Below are positions 1 to 10,600 of a stretch of DNA of 64,000 bases, piece after piece. The translations under genes and the position numbers were made by a program. This DNA comes from Obrimoposthia wandeli (lineage: Eukaryota). Location: assembly GCA_977020255.1 (NCBI GenBank), contig CDROCS010001491.1, forward strand, positions 1,612,001 through 1,676,000, read 5' to 3'. Below the pieces are notes generated by a model. The model saw only the letters and a list, made by a program, of their open reading frames with translations, did no database searches and was not told the DNA's origin. Within the stretch, counting starts at the first letter, position 1, and each line of letters starts with the position of its first letter.

Positions 1-670
1 CCAATGAGATTCTCGTGACAAAGAAGGTGATAATCAGAAAGCTGCTAAAACATTTTTCATCATCAGACGACTGGCTAATCTTGTACGAGAGGATTCCAGT
101 CGCACAATTGAGCTGTATCCATCACTGTATCAATGACGTCTGCAATCGTCTACTGAGGCATCTCTATGTTTAGACTCACTGACCATCAGCACTTCCAAAG
201 GCTGTCGAGGAAACTCCAACAACTCTGAGCCAGAATCTGAGGCGAGCATGGGAAAATCCTGATATCACACCTCATGTAGCATCAACCAGCCAAAATTTAC
301 AAAAGACATAGCTCGATGCAGGGTTGGATGAGTTCTTGGCGGAACTTGTAACTCCTCAACCACAACAGCAAGCCCCACAGCAGTATCCTTTATTTCCAAC
401 GGCAGTAAAATGCTGTGACATGGCAATTGGTGCACGAGAAGGAGCAGAAAAGGAAAAAAGAAATGGGCGCCCAAAATAAGGCAGTAGCTACTTCTTCAAC
501 TTCTGCTGGTATTTTGCGGTTCGAGCAAATTCTCCTCGTCATGAACAAAGACCCTCGGCTGGTGTTTCAACATCGGCTGGCACATCTACATCAGCTGCAG
601 CACCTTCCAGAAAGTCAAGGCCAATCCAGCCGAAGCCGTCTGGGACGACAATTATTGCATGACAACCAGT
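1..670 (+). pseudogene. Degenerate copy of the Polinton-cluster disordered-protein gene (SQNLxRxW / LDEFLAEL family)
   Basis: Translation around 200-360 reads ...LSQNLRRAWENPDITPHVASTSQNLQKT*LDAGLDEFLAELVTPQP, matching the copies at 49590-49720 and 54853-54925. Contains stops and frameshifts and is truncated by the window start. Confidence 0.7.
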
Positions 671-1447
671 AGTTGTGACACTTAAAATAACAGTTTCGTT
701 ACAAGTTAACACATTTAAACTAGAAATGGGATATTCGTTAAAATAAAATAATATATTTGTACCAAATACACAATAAGTAGCTGTTATAGACAAATAGTCC
801 ACAATCTGAAAAATGTTGATAAACATTGTCTTAAATTTTTGCGCCTTTCATTCTTCATAGACAAAATTTAATAATGAACCAAGCATTAAATATTTTAAAG
901 AAAAATATATTTTAGTTTCTTCAAAACGTAATTTTTAAAGTATTAAAACTATCAAAAGGGTTGAAACAAAATTTTAATGGCTTAAGGGACTTAACTGAAC
1001 ACTACTTACTAAAAGTTAATAAAATTTGTATTACGTATTAAAATTATATATTTTACTTTAAGAGTACAACAGTGTTTTATGAAAGTTATTGCGTACTAAG
1101 TATATAAATTCCGTAAAAACAGAATAATAAGACTGATAGCTGAATAATTAAATCCAAACCGATGATGTGTACTGAAATGATCTACAAGTTGACCTTTTAA
1201 AGCCACACAAAAACCACAGTAACCGGGTCACAAAAATCGGATAGCTAAGCATGCATACCAACAGTAATTATGTCTTGTCAGTGTATGCGTGTTGTCTGTC
1301 CGATTATCTGATTGGTCACCTTTTTATTAACTAAATGTTAACCTTTCGATGTTGCTGCCTTGTGTTAGTTAAGGTTAAATAGTTCACATTGGATTGAAAA
1401 TCGATATATCAATAAACAGTACTGTGAAGCACATTGCTGAAATCAGA

Positions 1448-1637
1448 ATGGAAAAGCAGGTCAGCCTGGAGAGCTCAAATGTGTTCACTGACGCTACAAT
1501 ATCGAACAATGTAGATGTACTGGCGAATCTGATGGCAAAAGCTGTGAAAAATGAACACATGAGCAGTTTGAATGATGCTATTTTCTACGATGAACAGCCA
1601 CTGGAAATTTGCCTGGTTTGTGGCGATAAGTCATCAG
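1448..1637 (+). CDS. Nuclear receptor exon 1 (A/B region and start of zinc finger 1)
   Basis: [16 protein letters not shown] followed by donor GTGAGT at 1638. Confidence 0.85.
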
Positions 1638-4600
1638 GTGAGTTGCAATATTTATCATTTATTCAGAGTCAATGTATTAATTGTCAGATGCTTTTAATAA
1701 TTTTGAATTATTAATTATGATATTTATTTTATTTACCCTCAATAAAAATTAAATTTACTCGATAAATAAAATTGTAATTTAAGATATTATTTACTTTGTT
1801 TCCATGCCTCTAAATTCTAAAACTATTTTGTAACATAAACTGCGACACGTTTTAACTATTTACTCCTCAAATGTATTTTGATGGGATTATTTTTAATTGT
1901 ACCGTAATTTTGTCAGAAGTATTTTTGTAGTTCTGTACAAAATATTTACTATGTAAAGATTTGAAACATACTACTTTTAAAAATAATTTTCAGCAATTTG
2001 TACAATTTTTGTTCATCAAACTATTTTATAATAGATTCTTATGGAAATCCTTAAAGCGTAAATCTTTCACTTTTGATTTTGCTCAAAATTAAACTGAAAA
2101 GTATAAAATTAATTATCGAAATTTAAAATGACCTTTTAAAATTGACTAGATATAAAATTATTTTCAATAATATATTTTAGAATGGAATACGCTGCCGTGG
2201 TATTTATAGATCAGGGTTACACAACGAGGCTAATAAAAAAAATGTGAGGGCTGTAGGAATATATATCCAAATGAGAATGTATCATTTTCAAGAAAAAAAA
2301 GTAGTTTAGTAGGTAGAAGGATGGAGTCTAAGCCACTTGACCCCCCCCCTAAAGGGTGTCACACCATAAGGATGTCTTGCCACACCATAAGGGTATATGT
2401 TGCCTCACCTCTGGTGAGGCAACATATACCCTTATGGTGTGACACCCTTTAGGGAGGAGGGGGAGGGGGAGGGGGAGGGGTCAAGTGGCTTAGACTCCAC
2501 CCTTCTTTGATATACCACTATGGTCGTCCATAGGTTAAAGGGTCAAGTGGCTTAGTCTCCACCCTTTTTTTTGGCTAACCACTATGGTCGTCCATAGGTT
2601 AAAGGGTCAAGTGGCTTAGTCTCCACCCTTCTTTTGGCTAACCACTATGGTCGTCCATAGGTTAAAGGGTCAAGTGGCTTAGTCTCCACCCTTCTTTTTG
2701 TGATCTAGTCTCCACCCTTCTTTTTGTGGTCTAGTCTCCACCCTTCTTTTTGGCTAACCACTAATTCAAAGGGTCAAGTGGCTTAGTCTCCACCCTTCTT
2801 TTTGTGGTCTAGTCTCCACCCTTCTTTTTGGCTAACCACTAATTCAAAGGGTCAAGTGGCTTAGTCTCCACCCTTCTCTTGTGGTCTAGTCTCCACCCTT
2901 CTTTTTGGCTAACCACTAATTCAAAGGGTCAAGTGGCTTAGTCTCCACCCTTCTTTTTGTAATCTAGTCTCCACCCTTCTTTTTAAGATCATGTGAAAGT
3001 TCACACTTAAAAGTTAAGGAATGTATGACGTAATCATACACACACTATTCTATGTGAAAATTTAGGTTAAAGTTCACTCTTATCAGTTAAGGAATGTATT
3101 ACGTAATCACACACATACTATTCTAAGTGAAAATTTAGACTAAAGTTTTTCCTAGGCTTACACATCTAAAGAATTATGTTAAAATTTGTATTAAATCAAA
3201 AAAAAAATAAATAAGAAAGAAGTCAGAGAATAATACAAAATTAAACACATTTATTATGTAATTTCATAATGTCCATAAGCGCGGCTTCTATTTTTCTCGA
3301 TCCAATAGCGTTTGTCATCTGATGAGCTGAGAGCAGTCTTTTGTATTATGATCGTGTATAGTTGATGATTTATTGTTCCAAACTTCTTTTGAGGTATAGT
3401 ATATGCAATACCGTTTTCATACACGTCTAAATATGTTTGATGTACAACCGTTGAACCCTTAAGATTTACTCCTTTAGCTTTATTATTTTCAAAGTCATCT
3501 TCAAACTTAAGTGAATAACATTTACAAAGTAAGAAAATCCATTCTTTATACATTCGTCCTTCCGATTCATCTTTAAATAAACCTATTTTACTATTAAATT
3601 TATTAGAATATAATGGATCATTCACATTATAATTTGACGTATCTAATAATCCATCTGCAATCATTTTTGGTAACAACTGTTTTCTTAAATTAACGTTTTT
3701 ACATTCCAAAAAGAATGAGTCGGTATCACCGGCAACTATATTAATTGAACAATTGATTAAATTACGATATATTTGCAAATCATGATACTGAAGAGTATAC
3801 ATTCGTAATTTGCTAAGGTCTAGTACAGCTTGGCCTATATAATTTGGTCGATCGAGACAAATAAAATCTTTTCTTAATAAAACAGCTATTAAATTATCAT
3901 GAATTTCAATTGTTCGTTGAAACATAGGTTTGCTAGTATATGTGATTAATTTTGTAGAACTAGTGCAGATGCGAAGATTCAATCGTTTCTTAACATTTTC
4001 AACGGTCTTTCCATACAAACTAACATTTTTAAGTTTATAAAAATCTTTGTCACATTTATTCGTTGCTTGTGATCTCATTTCTGAATTATATTCTATATAT
4101 TCTGCGAATATCTTAGCCTGAGAGAATTTTACTGCTCGATGAATAATTGTTACCACTGCTCCTAAACTAACATACATCTGCAATAGTCTCCAATGAATAA
4201 CATAATGACTTTTTGGCGAATGCGTCATTATCATTTTTCAACTTTTTTACCAGGTGGACATTTCTTTTCTGGAGCTATAGGAAGATCATCTAAAAAGTCA
4301 TGAAGGTTTTCTGGTATTACCAAGTCTACTTCCATAAAATAACCATATTCAATATGTTCCATGTTCACATTTTTCATTTCATGCAATATTTCGTTTAATT
4401 TTATATCATCAAGAATCCATTAAAAATCTCCTTTTGGTAAAGGTTGATCAAGAGCCCATCCATATAAATTATTAACATCTATATATAAAAGACTTGTTTC
4501 TTCATCAGCGACTACATGATGCTTATTGACAAATGTCATTCCTCCTCGTATACCCGAAGAAATCATGTTGTACATTTCAGGATCCTGCATCAGTTCAACC

Positions 4601-7600
4601 TTATGTTTTAACATTTTTAGAGCACTTGCCCAACTCAACCCAGGAATGCTAAAAAAGTTAAGTGGTTCTAAACCATCTTCACTGAGAGCTTTTCTTCTGA
4701 ATGTTTGAAACACGTCAGCTAATAAATATACGTCAGTCTTTAAGTAAACTAACATATAATCAACATATTTCTACAATTGGTTATTTTCCAAACATCTTGT
4801 GCTTTTTGATATTCAGTGTCTGTGATTTTATCATTCCATTTTATTGGTAAACTTAACTTATTCTGGAGGACTTTTAATGATGTAGCAAAATCATATGGGA
4901 ATATTCCTTTGCCATCAATAAGTTTAGATAGAAAAACTGATCTTGTTAATGGAATAATTGGTAATTTACTGGCTAAATTTTCCAAAGATGATTGTAAAAA
5001 TTGCAAAGAATCTATAAATCTCAGAGTTATTTGACCTAATCTTACAATCATGGCTTGAAACTTTTCCGTTGATTGTGGTATAATATTTATATCCCAGTCA
5101 GTAAATTTATTCAATGCATGTTTTAAAATATGATGTAAATCATAACCTCTGAGATTATGAAACACAATAGGTAAAGTTGGACGAAGTTTTCTTGATAAAT
5201 TACATTCATTGCATGCAGGACCTAAATACTTGCCAGTAAAGTGATCATGATCTTTAACATATTTTTCAGATGATTCGTGACATAAATAACATTCAACGGT
5301 ATTGTTAAATGTATGAATCTCTGCATTTGTTAAGGGAATCATTACGTTTTTAAGAGCATCTAAATACCATGGCAAAACCTTTTCTTTAGCCAAGTTCTCT
5401 ATTGACTGAAGAAATTTAACTATGCAGTCATCACCAACATTATATCAATTTCATCTGTACTCATAAATAACATACCAGATGCGACAGGCATATGCTTTTG
5501 ATGATAACTCTCATCTGGTACTAATACAGATTCAAAATCAGCGTAAACGACATATTTCGGTGATATAGTTTTTGACCAATCATTGAATTTAACGTACTTA
5601 TTCTTAGGCATAGTATACATTGTAGTGCTTTCTTGATTATAGTCACATAAAACTTTATGCTTTTCTAATGACAAATCGGTTTTGAAACCATGTAAACACT
5701 TTTCACACCATTTTCTGCTAATTCTAGTCGTTCCAGTTCGAATATTTAATAGTCGGTTAAGACAACTTATTCCTATATAATGAAACCGTTCCTTGGATTC
5801 TAGTAACAATAAATTAACTATAGTTCCTTCCTTCATTTTTGATTTGTATGCAACATCGATATAAGGATTCTTGATAACATCAGTTTTTGATTCTTTTTCA
5901 CTTACCTCGTTGAATATGAATACATTTATTATTATACCAGGATTTTGCAGTTCAAATTTTGATATATTTGATATTTTCATTGGCATGTCTTCGGAATTAT
6001 ATACAAAATCATTTAAAAATCTTTCATAGTTGCTTGGTCTATTTCTATGTGATTCTATTTCATTATATTTAAGTATTGACAATATTGCATAAATAAAGCA
6101 AAGATTATCAGAGTTTAGAATATTTATGACTACTTTAGATTTTGTAAGAGAATTTGGTGATTTAATATATGAATGACCTGACAATGCACAAATTTGACTA
6201 TATTTAGTAACAATAAATGCATATTCAAGTATATTCATCAATTTCCAACCACTACCTTTTTCTGAATATTCTTCAACTTTATTTTCCATTGTATCTTCCA
6301 TTTCTGAAATTATAGCATGTGAAAAAATCATTGCTCGATGCGAAGCATACCATTCTTTAGTTTCTCCATCATTCTTTTCAAACCTCATTCTAATGATGTA
6401 TTGTATCTTTGCTTTTCCCATTAATTGTACTATTCTTTCTAGTTCGTTTAATAATGAAACTGGAACCTTAAGACTTACAAGATTGAGATGATCTACTTTC
6501 ATGGATATCATTGAATAACTATTTTCTAACGATGTTTTAGTATGTATATTGTCATTTATTTTACGTTTTCGTGACGGAGTAGGAGCTGAAATTACTATGT
6601 TTGATGGTTCATTAATTATATCAGTTCTTTTGCTTAAAGCCGGTACTTTAAATAATTTTTTCTTACTATCATTTTCATATTCTTTTAAATGACTAACATG
6701 TCGACTATAAAATAAGTTGTAATCAACATTTTCAGTGCTTAAACATTGTGGACATATGAAATAATTTATCCTTTTGTATGAATAACCAAAATATTTTTTC
6801 ATTATATCATGACATACTTGAGGATTAAAATGTGTATCCGAATAACAAAAATTTGAATAAGTTTTACATATACTCATCTGATGATATGATTGATTTGATT
6901 GGACTTGAGATATTGATTGATTTGTAGACTGAATAAAAAAAATATATAAATACAATAATTTAATTATTTTACTTACAATGTTAACAAATATTAATTATAA
7001 AGGAATTTGCTTAGATGATGTATCCAAATTAAAATTTCGAACACGACCAGAACAATACGTTTATAAAGCCAAAGATTATACAATACTTATTTTTAGAAAT
7101 AAGAAATGCAGGATTATGGGATGTAAGGTACCTATTAAAAATATTTCTTACCCTTTAAGGATAAATATACTTGGTATTCAATCAATTACGATATGTGAAA
7201 ATTTAGATCAAAGTATCAATCTATTTAAATTATGGAATGTGTTACGTAATACATGTTCATTTGACCCTGAGGTTTTCCCAGGCTTAAGATTAAATATTTT
7301 CAATCCATTATGTGTAAATATTTTCACATCTGGAAAGGTCGTAATTTTAGGTCTTAGAAATTTAGATTTTCAAAATCAAGTTAACGATATCATGACATAC
7401 ATTAAAAAAAATTATATAAATACGAAACAATTTCTAATTAAATCATTCAATTTTAAATGTCTTATAAAGCCGTTCAAAAGTATTACGAGTATGATATGTT
7501 CTTCTTGGCATCTGCATGGATTCATCCAATGACTATGCCAGTGACATTATCGAAAACTTTGTACAATTACCGAGTCTCTGATTTTGACGACAAAGACATT

Positions 7601-10600
7601 CAACAATTCAATGAAGTCGTCAAATATTTGAAAATTGACATTGAACTTGAGAATGAGGGTATATTTATGCGCGGAGATAAGTGTAAATTTTATGATTGTG
7701 GTGGAACAAAGATTTCGGATATTCAAGAAGATGGAAGAAGTTGGATGCTCGAAATAAAAATTCTCGGATATAAAATAAATAAACAGAATGAAACAACTCT
7801 CATCTGGAGGATTCATACAGCGACCGAATATTTTGATGTTTAATAAATATTTAATAAATGTTGTTATTGTTATAAACATGTACTTATTCTGATATATTTA
7901 TTTTATATTAATATTTATATATAATGTTATTAACAAACAATTCGACTTTTCAAGTAGTAGGACCAAGTGGTAGTGGAAAAACTTTATTTGTTTGTAAATT
8001 ATTAAATTCAAAAATGTTTAAAAATAAATTTAATAAAATATATTGGCATCAAGGTGGTGATGGAGAAGCTGGTTTAACAAACCAAGAATTTAATAAAATA
8101 AAAAACATTAAGATTATTAACGGTTTTGATGAAAATTGGACGACAAGACTCGTAAAAGGTGATGTAATTGTTATTGATGACTTATATCAAGAGGCTAACA
8201 AAGAATCTGATTTTAATGATTTATTTACAAAAATTGCAAGACATAGAGAAGTTACTGTAATTTTTATAACCCAAAATTTATTTAATCAAGGAGGAAATCA
8301 TCGTACTCGTAATCTTAATGTACATTATTTGATTTTATTCAAAAATCCTAGAGATCAAACAGTGATAGATTTTATTGCTCGTCAAGCATTTCCTCATAAC
8401 AAGAGTTATTTAATTGATGCGTTTCATGATGCTACATCTTTACCTCATGGTTATTTATTTTTAAATTTTACTCAATCATGTCCTGATGATTTAAGAATTG
8501 TTACTGATATATTTAACCGTAATGGTATTACAGTCTATAAACAAAATAAATAATAATAATGTTTTAAAATAAAATGAATTTAAAAAGAGTATTCTTAAAC
8601 ATAGTAAAAGGACAGATAAAGATGAAGTTAAAAAATTAATAAACACTGTATTATATGATCGTAATAATATTGAATTTTCAAAAAGTTTACCTTATTTTAA
8701 AACCTTAATTGACGTACCTAAAACGAATAAAATGAAAATGTTGAAATCATTTCCAATTTATGTAGTTGATGATTTAATAAAAATTTTAAATAAAATAATT
8801 TATGGTAAAATTAAACCTGATGATAATATTTTAAAATATAAAAATTCATTAATAAATTTAGCAAATTCACGTGGTAAAATTAATAAAAGAAACATTATTT
8901 ATAATCAAAATGGCGGATTCATATTGGTCCTACTGCCCGCTATAGCATCAGTAATAGCTAGTGTTATATCTTCAAGATGGGGATAGTTGTCTTAATAACG
9001 AAAATTATAATAATATTAAATAATTACATTCTTTCGTTTTATACAAACATATAAACAGATTAAAATATATTTAACTTTTATAATAATGGGGATAAACAAT
9101 ACAAAGTTGTCTAACCTATTTATAAATTTTAATTCTTCATGCTCCAATGGAAAAGATTTGGAACAATCCAGAAGATCCAGACGGTTATACAGGGTTAGAA
9201 AAATTGACAAAAAGAGTCAAACAATCAAAAACAAACACACAAAAATGGTTAAGAAATGAATTATCATATAGTCTGAATAAACCTTTAAGACGTAAATTCC
9301 CTACTAGATCATATAAAACTAATGGTATTAATTCGTTATGGCAGATGGATTTAATGGAAATGATTCCTTATTCTTCAGTAAATAACGGATTCAAGTATAT
9401 TTTAACTTGTATTGATGTATTTAGTCGTTTTGCAAGGGCAGTTGGTGTTAAATCAAAATCAGGTATTGATTTATTACATGCAATATAATCTTTAATTGTT
9501 GATGATGTACCAGTAAATATCCAAACCGATGAAGGTAAAGAATTTTTTAATTCACATGTTAAGAAATTATTTAAAACTGAAAATATCAATCATTATTCAG
9601 TATATTCTCAATATAAAGCTGCAGTAGTTGAAAGATTTAATAGAACGTTAAGAGAACGGTTAAAGAAATATTTTACTAAACAAGGTAATAAGAAATGGGT
9701 GAATGTATTACCAAAAATTATTTATGCTTATAATAATTCTAAACATAGAGGTTTAGATGGTTTAAAACCTGTAGATGTAAATAATAAAAATGAATTTGAT
9801 ATTTTGTTGAAACAAAATCTAAAAGAAAAGAAAGTTAAATCTAAATATAAAATTGATGATTATGTTCGAATATCAAAAATAAGTACAAGTCCATTTATTA
9901 AAAATTTTAATCAAAATTGGAGTGATGAGGTTTTTCAAATTCATGATATTAATTATAAACAAAATCCAATAATGTATATTTTAAAAGATATTGATAACGT
10001 CATCATCAAAGGAAAATTTATAAACAAGAGTTACAATTAATTGATAAACCTAAACTATATCGAATACAAGAAATTTTAGAAACTAAAGGTCGTGGTAAGA
10101 ATAAACAATATTACGTAAAGTGGCACGGATACTCTGAACCTTCTTGGATATTTGCTTCTCAAATTGAATAATGTCAAAATATATTATTTTACCTAGTAAT
10201 AGTTGTCCAAGTACTCAACCTAACAATACAGCCAATCAATTTACTGTAGATTGGGAAAACTCTCTAAATTTAGATGGTGAATGGGAGGTTGCCTTGACTG
10301 AATTTGTATTTAATTATACTCCTTTAACAATACAAACTAATTCAAAAATACTTTATAAAACGGAAAAGATAGAAATGAAAACTTTCGATGTATCTTTTGC
10401 AATTTTAAATGGATTAATTTTTAATAATTTAAATACTGTTTTCAATTTCAAAATTACAAAGGATCAAAAATTAGAAATATGTACAATTAACAGTATTCAT
10501 CGAATGTTGTTAAAATTCGAAACTTTAGAAGAATCAAAAATTATAGGTTTTAATGAAATACAAAAAATTTCTAGTCATGTTATAACAAGTGATGAAATTG

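Noticed and set aside
1638-1714. C-terminal tail of ORF 1394-1714 (ELQYLSFIQ...)
   Set aside because: Read-through into intron 1 past the GTGAGT donor.
2204-2211. 8-bp TSD for the hAT element
   Set aside because: Left flank TTATAGAT and right flank GGTTAACC share only the central TA, so the element boundaries remain tentative.
2480-2990. Regularly spaced ~27-bp repeats with short variable spacers, resembling a CRISPR array
   Set aside because: The spacers are themselves repeated, the array is mirrored in the right TIR, there are no cas genes, and the context is eukaryotic. These are TIR subrepeats.
7547-7879. Antisense ORFs over Polinton genes (also 4526-4708, 4816-5034, 9016-9210, 9368-9589, 59391-59624, 60784-61011)
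   Set aside because: Shadow frames of real coding regions, with no motifs.
4420-9488. In-frame TAA codons in PolB and integrase as evidence for an alternative genetic code or readthrough
   Set aside because: TAA and TGA end many genes here normally. Both cases are single changes from AAA and occur alongside frameshifts, so mutation or sequencing error is simpler.
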